From the NCBI GenBank assembly GCA_024649995.1, contig JANKMX010000002.1, positions 9,446 to 73,445 on the forward strand: a stretch of DNA of 64,000 bases, in the 5' to 3' direction. Source of the DNA: Gudongella sp. (GTDB taxonomy: Bacteria; Bacillota; Clostridia; Tissierellales; Tissierellaceae). Shown piece after piece: positions 47,969 through 56,312 of the stretch; positions within the stretch are counted from its first letter, which is position 1; every line of letters begins with the position of its first letter. Both the position numbers and the translations under genes were made by a program. Below the pieces are notes generated by a model, which did not search any database, was not told the DNA's origin, and was given only the letters and a program-made list of their open reading frames with translations.

Positions 47969-49252
47969 ATGCTGGATACAATAGCTAAGCTTAAAATTCT
48001 TTCAGATGCAGCCAAATACGACGTTTCATGCTCCTCAAGCGGCAGCACCAGAGCCAACAGGAAGGGCGGGCTGGGCAATGCCAGCGAGGCTGGAATCTGT
48101 CACTCCTGGACTGATGATGGCAGGTGCATATCCCTGCTTAAGATACTCATGTCCAATTCCTGCATCTACGATTGTGCCTACTGTGTCAACAGAAGCTCCA
48201 ATGACCTTCCCAGAGCTACCTTCACGCCAGATGAAATCATTGACATAACAATAAATTTCTATAAAAGGAACTACATAGAGGGCCTCTTCCTAAGCTCAGC
48301 GGTTGTAAAGTCACCAAACCACACCATGGATAGATTTTTGGAGATCGTGAGACGGCTTAGGGATGAGGAAAACTTCAATGGCTACATACACCTTAAGGCC
48401 ATTCCTGGAGCTGACAGAGAGATTCTGGACAAGGTAGCGGTCCACGTGGATAGGCTGAGTATCAACATCGAGCTGCCAACAGATGAGGGATTAAAGCTGC
48501 TGGCACCACAAAAGAAGAAGAAGGATATACTTCTTCCAATGACTCAGATAAATCAGGGGATCACAAGGTACCAGGAGGAGAGAAAACTCTTCAGAAGCGT
48601 TCCAAAATACGTTCCGGCGGGACAAACCACCCAATTGATTGTAGGAGCCACAAGTGATTCAGATTACAGGATACTCAATCTTTCGGAGAATCTTTATCAG
48701 GGCTATGGCCTGAAAAGAGTCTATTACTCAGCATTTGTACCTGTATCAACAAACCCACTCTTGCCCCAGATAAGCGCACCGCCTCTCTTAAGGGAGAATA
48801 GGCTCTATCAGGCTGACTGGCTTCTCAGGTTCTACGGCTTTCAGGCTGCTGAGCTATTAAGTGAGGACAAGCCTGACTTTGACCTTCTCCTTGATCCAAA
48901 GTGTGATTGGGCACTTAGAAACATGCATCTGTTTCCCTTGGAGATCAACAGGGCAGACTACCAGCTGCTTTTGAAGGTACCGGGAATTGGAGTAAAGTCA
49001 GCCAGGAGGATAATCAGCAGTAGGAGGTTTGCAAAGGTTGGGTTCGATGACCTTAAGAAAATGGGGGTTGCCCTAAAGAGAGCCAAGCATTTCATAACAA
49101 TAGATGGCAGGCACTTTGGCATATCCTCCATGGATGAAGTGAAAATTAGAAGTGCCATCATTGGGGGTAGCCCCATGGGTTTAGAACAGCTGTCAATATT
49201 TGATCTTTCAGGAGGTGGAGACTGTGGAATCAAAACTGGCTTATCTGTATGA
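47969..49252 (+). CDS. Putative DNA modification/repair radical SAM protein with C-terminal HhH region
   Basis: CIYDCAYC (CX3CX2C) and the C-terminal LLKVPGIGVKSARRI helix-hairpin-helix. Matches my recollection of the TIGR03916 family. Confidence 0.8.
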   Translation: MLDTIAKLKILSDAAKYDVSCSSSGSTRANRKGGLGNASEAGICHSWTDDGRCISLLKILMSNSCIYDCAYCVNRSSNDLPRATFTPDEIIDITINFYKRNYIEGLFLSSAVVKSPNHTMDRFLEIVRRLRDEENFNGYIHLKAIPGADREILDKVAVHVDRLSINIELPTDEGLKLLAPQKKKKDILLPMTQINQGITRYQEERKLFRSVPKYVPAGQTTQLIVGATSDSDYRILNLSENLYQGYGLKRVYYSAFVPVSTNPLLPQISAPPLLRENRLYQADWLLRFYGFQAAELLSEDKPDFDLLLDPKCDWALRNMHLFPLEINRADYQLLLKVPGIGVKSARRIISSRRFAKVGFDDLKKMGVALKRAKHFITIDGRHFGISSMDEVKIRSAIIGGSPMGLEQLSIFDLSGGGDCGIKTGLSV

Positions 49253-49973
49253 CGGGTCCTTTGAAGGGCTGCTTACTGCAATTTATCATGTATATTACGA
49301 CAAGGTTGACCCTGTGGCCATTCTTCCCATCTGGGAGGAAGGGTCAAATTTTTTATACACCTACAAGAGGGTGGAAACTGACGTAAATAAGTGGGAGAGG
49401 GTTTATAATGCCGTTGAGGAGAAGATATCCCACTATTCCCTGAAGAGAATATACAATGTTTATCTTTCAGAAATGGAGGATAGTGGTATAATAATCTTGA
49501 GATACCTTAGAGAAGGCTTCAGGATTGGGTCTGGAACTGATGACTACCAGACAAATCCTGCCGTTAGAGATCTGGAGGAGATATATCACAAGGTGAGGCT
49601 TGAGGTACACAGGTTTCTAGGCTTGGCGAGGTTCAAAAGACTTCAGAATGGAATATTCTACTCACAGGTTGAGCCGGACCACAATGTTGTGGCGCTTTTG
49701 GCACCTCACTTTGTGGATAGAATCCCAGCCGAAAGGTGGATAATCCACGATATCAAAAGAGGTGTGGCTGTCTTTTACGACACCCGTGAATGGACCATCA
49801 GAAGTATAGAAAAGCCAAGGGATGTGGTGCTTTATGAAGATGAGGAAGACTATCAGGACATGTGGAGGGAGTACTATAGAAGTGCCAACATTGAGAGCAG
49901 AAGAAACAAACGTCAGCAAAGGGCATATATGCCCGTAAGATATTGGAAGAATCTGGTTGAGAAGGGGGATTAG
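49224..49973 (+). CDS. DUF4130 / TIGR03915-like probable DNA metabolism protein
   Basis: The GTG at 49224 follows AGGAGGTGGAG. LAYLYDGSFEGLLTAIY at the N-terminus is typical of the partner of the radical SAM protein. Confidence 0.65.
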   Translation: MESKLAYLYDGSFEGLLTAIYHVYYDKVDPVAILPIWEEGSNFLYTYKRVETDVNKWERVYNAVEEKISHYSLKRIYNVYLSEMEDSGIIILRYLREGFRIGSGTDDYQTNPAVRDLEEIYHKVRLEVHRFLGLARFKRLQNGIFYSQVEPDHNVVALLAPHFVDRIPAERWIIHDIKRGVAVFYDTREWTIRSIEKPRDVVLYEDEEDYQDMWREYYRSANIESRRNKRQQRAYMPVRYWKNLVEKGD

Positions 49974-49976
49974 ATT

Positions 49977-51140
49977 ATGGATTTAACAAGACCTGCATGG
50001 CTGGAGATTGACCTTGATAATCTCCACTTCAACTATAATGAAATCAGAAAGCTTGTAAGAGATACTGCGGATATCATGGCTGTTGTCAAGGCTGATGCAT
50101 ATGGACATGGAGCAGCTGCAATCGTCAGGGAGTTAATGGACCTGGGGGTTAGGAGGTTTGGGGTTGCACATCTATCCGAAGCCATTCACATAAAGAATCA
50201 TACTCCGCATGCCCAGGTGCTGGTAATGGGCTATACACCTGAATACCTTGCGGAGACTGCAATAGAAAAGGGAATCCGGCTTACGGTATACCTTGAGGAA
50301 CAGGCAGAGCATTTTGCAAAGATTGCAAAATCGATGGACAAGGATGCGGTGATTCACCTTAAGATTGAAACGGGAATGAACCGACTTGGATTTTTGCCCG
50401 ACGAGAAAACGCTCCAGGCAGTGGGACGAATCAAGGAGATGGACAATATTATCATCGAAGGTATGTTTACACATTTCCCGGCGGCAGATGATGACCATGA
50501 GTACACTGAAAGGTCCATGGCAAAATTCAGGGAGTTTTGCAGGATGCTTTATGAGAAGGATATAGACATTCCGGTTAAACACGTCAGCAACAGCGCAGCC
50601 ATCATGAATTTCCCGCAATTCGGATTGGATATGGTACGGGCGGGAATCATTCTTTATGGAATATATCCCTATCCCCAGGCTAAGAGGGAAACGCTTCCCC
50701 TTAAGCCCTGCATTAGCCTCAAGGCCCAGATTTCCCATGTAAAGACCATCGAAAAGGGAGACAAGGTAAGCTATGGCCTGACATTTGAAGCAAGCACCAG
50801 GACACAGGTTGCTACGGTCCCCCTTGGCTATGCTGATGGATGGAGCAGGGAATTGAGCAACAAGGGACATGCCCTGGTAGAGGGGAAGAGAGTACCCATA
50901 ATCGGTCGAATCTGCATGGATCAGCTAATGCTTGATGTGACAGGTATGGATGTGAAGCGTGGAGATGAAGTCGTTCTCATGGGAAGTCAGGGTGATGAGC
51001 AGATCACAATTGAGGAGATAGCTGAAGAGATAGGTCAGATACCGGCCTCGGTCCTTTGCATGCTAACAAAGAGACTGCCAAGGGTGTATGTTAAGGAAAG
51101 AAGAGTACCTGAGGTTGTGGATTATCTCCTGGAAATATAA
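49977..51140 (+). CDS. alr: Alanine racemase
   Basis: PLP-lysine motif AVVKADAYGHGA and the C-terminal PLGYADGW. Confidence 0.95.
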   Translation: MDLTRPAWLEIDLDNLHFNYNEIRKLVRDTADIMAVVKADAYGHGAAAIVRELMDLGVRRFGVAHLSEAIHIKNHTPHAQVLVMGYTPEYLAETAIEKGIRLTVYLEEQAEHFAKIAKSMDKDAVIHLKIETGMNRLGFLPDEKTLQAVGRIKEMDNIIIEGMFTHFPAADDDHEYTERSMAKFREFCRMLYEKDIDIPVKHVSNSAAIMNFPQFGLDMVRAGIILYGIYPYPQAKRETLPLKPCISLKAQISHVKTIEKGDKVSYGLTFEASTRTQVATVPLGYADGWSRELSNKGHALVEGKRVPIIGRICMDQLMLDVTGMDVKRGDEVVLMGSQGDEQITIEEIAEEIGQIPASVLCMLTKRLPRVYVKERRVPEVVDYLLEI

Positions 51141-51150
51141 GGGGTGAACT

Positions 51151-51822
51151 ATGAAGCGAATATTTGAAAATACCTGGCAGGAATTGCTCAAGGAGGAGAT
51201 GGAGAAGGATTATTATCTTAAGCTTAGAGAGTTTCTGGTACAGGAGTATAGAACGAAAACCATATATCCGGACAAGTACAGCATATTCAATGCCCTCCAC
51301 TACACAGACTACAATGATGTGAAGGCTGTAATAATAGGCCAGGATCCCTACCATGGTCCCGGGCAAGCCCATGGTCTGTGCTTCAGCGTCAAGCCAGGGA
51401 TAGGTCTCCCTCCTTCACTTGTAAACATCTACAAGGAACTGAGAAACGATTTGGGGTTTGAAATACCAAATCATGGCTATCTTGAAAAATGGGCCAGAGA
51501 AGGAGTGCTTATGATAAATACGGTGCTGACCGTTAGGGGCGGACAGGCAAATTCCCACAGAAACAAGGGCTGGGAGATATTCACAGATAGAATAATCCAG
51601 CTACTTAACGAAAGGGAAAGGCCCATGGTATTTATTCTGTGGGGAAGCCAAGCTATAGCCAAGGAAGGGATGATTGACACGGATAAGCATCACATAATCA
51701 AGTCACCCCATCCAAGTCCACTGGCTGCATACAGGGGATTTTTCGACTCAAAGCCCTTCTCAAGGACAAATGATTTCCTCCAATCAAATGGAATGAAGCC
51801 AATTGATTGGAGAATTGAATAG
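51151..51822 (+). CDS. ung: Uracil-DNA glycosylase, family 1
   Basis: GQDPYHGPGQAHGLCFSV and HPSPLA motifs. Confidence 0.95.
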   Translation: MKRIFENTWQELLKEEMEKDYYLKLREFLVQEYRTKTIYPDKYSIFNALHYTDYNDVKAVIIGQDPYHGPGQAHGLCFSVKPGIGLPPSLVNIYKELRNDLGFEIPNHGYLEKWAREGVLMINTVLTVRGGQANSHRNKGWEIFTDRIIQLLNERERPMVFILWGSQAIAKEGMIDTDKHHIIKSPHPSPLAAYRGFFDSKPFSRTNDFLQSNGMKPIDWRIE

Positions 51823-51841
51823 AGATAGAAGTATGCGCTTA

Positions 51842-51875
51842 AAAGCCCCTGCCTGTAAAGAACAGGAGGGGCTTT
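51842..51875. terminator. Bidirectional terminator between ung and tupC
   Basis: AAAGCCCCTGCCTGT...ACAGGAGGGGCTTT, a long stem with one bulge. Confidence 0.8.
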
Positions 51876-51876
51876 A

Positions 51877-52584
51877 TTAGATCAATCCCTTCTTAATGAA
51901 CTCCTTAATTTTTGGCATTGCGCCAGATCCAAAGATTTCAGCTGGAACACCACTGTCAATAATCTGCCCTTCATTCATAAAAGCAATCCGGTTACATAGT
52001 CTCTTGGCCTGCTGGATGTTGTGAGTGACCATCAGAATGGTGGGCTTCTCTTTTCTGTAGTAGTCAAGGATTTTTTCCTCCAGGAGCATTATTGATTCAG
52101 GATCGATATTGGAGGTTGGCTCATCAAGGATCAGAATTCTGGGCTTGAAGACAATAGCCCTTGCAAGAGCCACCTTCTGGGCTTCCCCACCTGAAAGGGT
52201 CCAAGCCTTCTGATCACGGATGGATTGAATATTGAAGGATTCTATCAGCTCATTAACTCTTGCTAAAATCTCTTGTTCCGATACTCCTCTTATCCTCAAG
52301 GGGTAGGCAATATTTTCATAGACAGTTGACCTTATAAGGTAGGGCCTCTGAAATACAAGAGTCATCGCCTTCTTAATTGAATCGCTGTACTCATCACCCT
52401 GATAGAGCACACTACCAGAGCAGGAGTCTAAAAGTCCAGCTACAATCCTGACCAAGGTTGTTTTTCCTGAACCGTTTGGACCAAGGATGCCCCACAGGCA
52501 ACCCTCATCGAAGATCATTTCAGGGATGTCCAAAACAGATTTGTTATTATATCTTTTTGTCAATGAGTCTATTGTAATATTCAT
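51877..52584 (-). CDS. tupC: ABC transporter ATPase, tungstate uptake type
   Basis: GPNGSGKTT, LSGGEAQKV and [12 protein letters not shown]. Last gene of the tupABC-like operon. Confidence 0.75.
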   Translation of the reverse strand: MNITIDSLTKRYNNKSVLDIPEMIFDEGCLWGILGPNGSGKTTLVRIVAGLLDSCSGSVLYQGDEYSDSIKKAMTLVFQRPYLIRSTVYENIAYPLRIRGVSEQEILARVNELIESFNIQSIRDQKAWTLSGGEAQKVALARAIVFKPRILILDEPTSNIDPESIMLLEEKILDYYRKEKPTILMVTHNIQQAKRLCNRIAFMNEGQIIDSGVPAEIFGSGAMPKIKEFIKKGLI

Positions 52585-52585
52585 A

Positions 52586-53275
52586 TCAACGCTCCTGCTG
52601 CCAATGATATAGCAGTGAATTTATTAGAAATGATATCAGTAATAGTACAATACCCGTTGCAATTGCCAGAGAGTATTCCCCCATATTTCTGAGCATGGCT
52701 ATTGTGGTTGTCATAATCCTTGTATGGCCCTTGATGTTGCCACCCACCACCATAACAGCCCCCACTTCTGACATGGCTCTTCCGTAACCCGTAACAACTG
52801 CAGAAAGGATATTGATTCTCAGTTCCTTGATAAGGAGCCAAACGGTCTGTGTTGGGCTTGAACCCATGGTTCGTGCCAGGTCCTGAATGTCAGGGCCCCT
52901 GTCCTTGGTTCCGTTGAACACCACGCCTGTGATGATAGGGGTTACAAGCACAAACTGAGCAATTATCATGGCTGTTGCAGTGAAGTTAAGCCTGAACTCC
53001 CCCAGTGGACCATTCCTAAGGAACAAGAGAAATAAGACCAATCCTATTACAACAGGCGGCATGCTCATCAGGGTATAGATTATCCTGACCAGAAATCTCT
53101 TTCCAGGGAATTCCTTTATCCCCAGCCATGTGCCGAAGGGGATGGCAACAATGGCAGCAAGAAATGTGGCTGTAAGGGATACAACCATGGACAGCCTTAC
53201 TATTTCAAAGAATTCAGGATCCAGATCGATTATTAGCTGAAAGGCATCCTGGAAGCCACTTACAAAATTATCCAT
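52586..53275 (-). CDS. tupB: ABC transporter permease, tungstate uptake type
   Basis: 229 aa, 5-6 TM helices with an EAA-like loop (DLARTMGSSPTQ). Confidence 0.75.
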   Translation of the reverse strand: MDNFVSGFQDAFQLIIDLDPEFFEIVRLSMVVSLTATFLAAIVAIPFGTWLGIKEFPGKRFLVRIIYTLMSMPPVVIGLVLFLLFLRNGPLGEFRLNFTATAMIIAQFVLVTPIITGVVFNGTKDRGPDIQDLARTMGSSPTQTVWLLIKELRINILSAVVTGYGRAMSEVGAVMVVGGNIKGHTRIMTTTIAMLRNMGEYSLAIATGIVLLLISFLINSLLYHWQQER

Positions 53276-53359
53276 AAAAAACTCCTTAATACTGCCCCTC
53301 TCGGGGCAGTATGATTTAAATCATTAACTTAGTTGACTTGCAAAATTCCTTGGTTGGTT

Positions 53360-54289
53360 CTATTTTGCATTGGGGAAGAAAAGTGGTTCGCCGTATTCCT
53401 CAACACCAAATTCTGATATGAGTTCCTGAGTTTCTGGTGCCAATATCCAGTCCACGAACCTCTCGGCCGCGGGATAGTTTATATGGTCACCCTTTTCAGG
53501 ATTTACAGCCATAACGCCATACTGGTTGAAGAGTGTCTCGTCTCCCTCAAGAAGAATCTCAAGGTCAATGTCATCCTTCATTGAAAGGTAGGTTGCCCTG
53601 TCAGCCATTGTGTAAGCTTCCATTTCATTGGCCATAAGGATTACATCTCCCATTCCCTGACCTGCCTCAATATACCAGTCTCCTGAAGGTGTTCCAACAC
53701 CTGAGGATTCCCAAAGTGACAGCTCTTTTATATGTGTACCTGAGTTATCTCCCCTTGATACAAAAGGTGCCTGGTTTTCTGCAATCAAAGCATAACCGGC
53801 ATTTACATCAGCTGGTGCATTATCCAAAAGACCTGCGGGGTCTGATGGAGGACCAACTATTATAAAGTCATTATACATTACATCAAATCTTTCAAGAGTG
53901 TCCCCATTGGTTACAAGCTCTTCCTCCTGAGTCTTGGCATGGGCAAGAAGTACATCTGCCTCACCATCAACACCCATCTGGAGTGCGGCTCCTGTACCTA
54001 CTGCAACAACCTTGGTTTCTATACCGAACATCTCATTGAAGGTTGGAAGGATAAAATCCAGCAGACCACTGTTTTCTGTACTGGTAGTGGTAGCCAGAAT
54101 CAGCTCAGTGTTCATAAGCTCTTCATAATCATCAACTGCTTCAGGCTCTTCTGCTGGTTCCTCAGCCGGTTCTTCAACAGGAGCAGGCTCTTCAGCTGGA
54201 GCAGGCTCAGAGTTGCTGCTGCAGGCTGTAACAAATGGTAATGCAAGTACAAGTAATAAAATCAATAGGTTCAACTTGTTTAATTTCAC
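53360..54289 (-). CDS. tupA: Tungstate-binding lipoprotein TupA
   Basis: Lipobox FVTAC, a Pro/Glu-rich linker, then ILATTTSTENSGLLD (TTTS anion-binding motif) and SRGDNSGTH. GTG start after AAGGAG. Confidence 0.8.
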   Translation of the reverse strand: MKLNKLNLLILLLVLALPFVTACSSNSEPAPAEEPAPVEEPAEEPAEEPEAVDDYEELMNTELILATTTSTENSGLLDFILPTFNEMFGIETKVVAVGTGAALQMGVDGEADVLLAHAKTQEEELVTNGDTLERFDVMYNDFIIVGPPSDPAGLLDNAPADVNAGYALIAENQAPFVSRGDNSGTHIKELSLWESSGVGTPSGDWYIEAGQGMGDVILMANEMEAYTMADRATYLSMKDDIDLEILLEGDETLFNQYGVMAVNPEKGDHINYPAAERFVDWILAPETQELISEFGVEEYGEPLFFPNAK

Positions 54290-54369
54290 ATGATCATCTC
54301 CTTAATTTTAGCGTGTTTTCATGAGTTTGAAAAGGAAAACGGCCTAAATTTCTTAATTATCACCTCCGT

Positions 54370-54406
54370 AAAAAAACAACTCCCTTTAATGATAAAAGTA
54401 GAGGTG
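54370..54406 (-). terminator. Candidate expression-platform terminator of the riboswitch
   Basis: The minus strand reads CACCUCU-16 nt loop-GGAGUUG (one mismatch, one G-U pair) followed by UUUUUUU. The stem is weak. Confidence 0.4.
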
Positions 54407-54434
54407 TCTATAGAAGGCAATATCTTATGATAGT

Positions 54435-54550
54435 GCCAAACAGTCTCCTTTCCACAACGGGAGGCAGCATGGTTTCCCATGATACCCTGCCGGACCTGAT
54501 TTCATGGCATCTGAAATGCTTTAGAAAAGAGGACTCGGAGCATGCTAAAT
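54435..54550 (-). promoter_or_regulatory. Moco (molybdenum/tungsten cofactor) riboswitch-like leader of tupABC
   Basis: The minus strand reads ...GCUCCGAGUCC...GGUCCGGCAGGGUAU-CAUGG-GAAA-CCAUG-CUGCCUCCCGUUGUGGAAAGGAGAC. By recollection of the Moco RNA motif it contains the CUCCGAG, GGGAAACC hairpin, GCCUCCC and GGAAAGGAG elements. Confidence 0.7.
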
Positions 54551-54568
54551 TGCTATTCAATTACTGTA

Positions 54569-54597
54569 ATTATAATGAATTGAAAGCGGTATGTCAA
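54569..54597 (-). promoter_or_regulatory. Consensus promoter TTGACA-N17-TATAAT driving the riboswitch/tupABC transcript
   Basis: The minus strand reads TTGACAtaccgctttcaattcatTATAAT, about 20 nt upstream of the riboswitch. Confidence 0.7.
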
Positions 54598-54721
54598 TGC
54601 GTGCATAACGAAGGCCCTTGTTTTTCTAAGCTTGCATGAGCTTGTAATCCTCTGGGTGCTATTGATTTTCGGCTCCTGATGGCATAGAATCAAATAGAAG
54701 GATTGTTAGGGGGTGAGGGAA

Positions 54722-55870
54722 ATGGATAGGAATCAAGCGTATGGATTTCAAATGTATATACAGCTGAAAAACAAAAAGCAGATTTCCACTGACAAGCTAT
54801 TTTTATTGCTTGAAAATATTGAGAAGGAGGGCTCCATATCCAAGGCTGCATCGGAAATGAAGCTATCATATCGTTATTCATGGGGACTAATAAAGGATAC
54901 CGAGGAACTCTTGGGAACAAAGCTTCTTTATAGAAAAGTTGGAGGCTCAGAGGGTGGAGGAGCAACCCTTACAAAGGAAGGTAGGGAATTGCTGGACCAC
55001 TATCAGACCATTAGATATTCACTTGATAGCCAGTTGACAGCCCTTGTTCAAAGTAAGGTTGAAGAGGAAGACAAGGAACAGGGAGCTGGGGAAGGAATTT
55101 CGTTCAAATACCTATTGATGGCAAGTACAATGGAGCCCATAGATACTGGGCTGATGGACCTCTTGGAAAAGGAATACTTCATGAAGACTGGAATACTGGT
55201 GAGGCACATTTCCGTGGGCAGTGGGAAGGCTCTTCAGATTGCAAAGTCTGGTGGTGTGGACCTTGTTCTAGCCCACAGTCCAAAGGAGGAAGAGGACTTT
55301 ATGGCTAAGGGCTTTGGAGGCTTTAGAAAAGCTATCATGGCCAACAGATACTATCTGGTTGGACCAGAGTCTGATCCTGCAGAACTTAAGAACATAAAAG
55401 AGGATGCTGGAATAGATGAATTTTTTAGACAGATGGGAGAGACCAAGGCAGTTTTCATAAGCCGTGGAGATAATTCTGGAACCCATGAGAAGGAGCTTGA
55501 ACTGTGGAGTGAGGCTAAGATATCCACTGAAGAGAGAAATACGATGATTGCAGGAAGTATATCCGGCAACAGTGAATGCATGGATTTCGCCTTGGAGAAA
55601 TCGGCATATACCTTAGTGGACTCAACAAGCTATCAACTGTACAACCGGAAAGAGAACCTAAAGGTGTTTGCAGGAAACAAGAGAGGCTTGCACCCCAAGC
55701 TGGACAATGTGTTTTCCCTAGTTGCAGTTAGGAGATTTCCAGCTGAAGAAGCCAGATTTGAGGAAGCGGTAAGGTTCATAAACTGGTTGAGTGGTAACGA
55801 GGGAAGTGAGATCATTGAGAATTATCCTGACGAGGAAGGACAGGAGCCATACTTTCACTTGATGAAATAG
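54722..55870 (+). CDS. ModE-N-type HTH regulator fused to a TupA-like binding domain (TunR-like architecture)
   Basis: N-terminal GSISKAASEMKLSYRYSWGLIKDTEELLG (ModE/LysR-type HTH). The C-terminal domain shares FISRGDNSGTHEKELELW with TupA FVSRGDNSGTHIKELSLW. Confidence 0.75.
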   Translation: MDRNQAYGFQMYIQLKNKKQISTDKLFLLLENIEKEGSISKAASEMKLSYRYSWGLIKDTEELLGTKLLYRKVGGSEGGGATLTKEGRELLDHYQTIRYSLDSQLTALVQSKVEEEDKEQGAGEGISFKYLLMASTMEPIDTGLMDLLEKEYFMKTGILVRHISVGSGKALQIAKSGGVDLVLAHSPKEEEDFMAKGFGGFRKAIMANRYYLVGPESDPAELKNIKEDAGIDEFFRQMGETKAVFISRGDNSGTHEKELELWSEAKISTEERNTMIAGSISGNSECMDFALEKSAYTLVDSTSYQLYNRKENLKVFAGNKRGLHPKLDNVFSLVAVRRFPAEEARFEEAVRFINWLSGNEGSEIIENYPDEEGQEPYFHLMK

Positions 55871-55875
55871 GAAGA

Positions 55876-55901
55876 CCTTGAATCTGTTTTCAGATCCAAG
55901 G
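55876..55901. terminator. Bidirectional terminator between the regulator gene and mop
   Basis: CCTTGAATCTG tttt CAGATCCAAGG, 11 bp with one mismatch. Confidence 0.65.
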
Positions 55902-55949
55902 CCCTTATTGAAAGCTTATTGTTCTATGCTGAGAAGGTGAAGATGCTTG

Positions 55950-56162
55950 TTAGTCATCCAACCCGATCATTACATTTGATGCCTTGACCAGGGCAACAAC
56001 TTCCTTGCCTACCTTAAGGTCGAGTGACTTGACGGAGTCCATGGTTATGGAGGATGTTACGATGTTTCCTCCACCTATATCCACTGTCACAATACCAGTT
56101 ACAACACCCTCCTTGATGTCGGTTATTTTACCCTTAAATTGGTTTTTAGCACTTAAATTCAT
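55950..56162 (-). CDS. mop: Molbindin (single TOBE/Mop domain, 70 aa)
   Basis: SAKNQFKGKITDIKEGVVTGIVTVDIGGG...VALVKASNVMI is the classic Mop/TOBE sequence. Confidence 0.85.
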   Translation of the reverse strand: MNLSAKNQFKGKITDIKEGVVTGIVTVDIGGGNIVTSSITMDSVKSLDLKVGKEVVALVKASNVMIGLDD

Positions 56163-56312
56163 ATAATCCCTCCTAAAATAGTCTACTGCCTATATACCCT
56201 CGAAGGGTAATAGCTATTCAAATCAATGGTATTTTGATAGAATATCCTGTAAAGACATAAAGCGATTTAGTAAAAATGACTTATCCTAATCTTAGGGTCA
56301 GGAGTGAATAAA

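Noticed and set aside
54427-54639. 70-aa plus-strand ORF in the tupA upstream gap
   Set aside because: It overlaps the Moco-type riboswitch and its promoter on the opposite strand. It has no RBS and no recognisable protein features.
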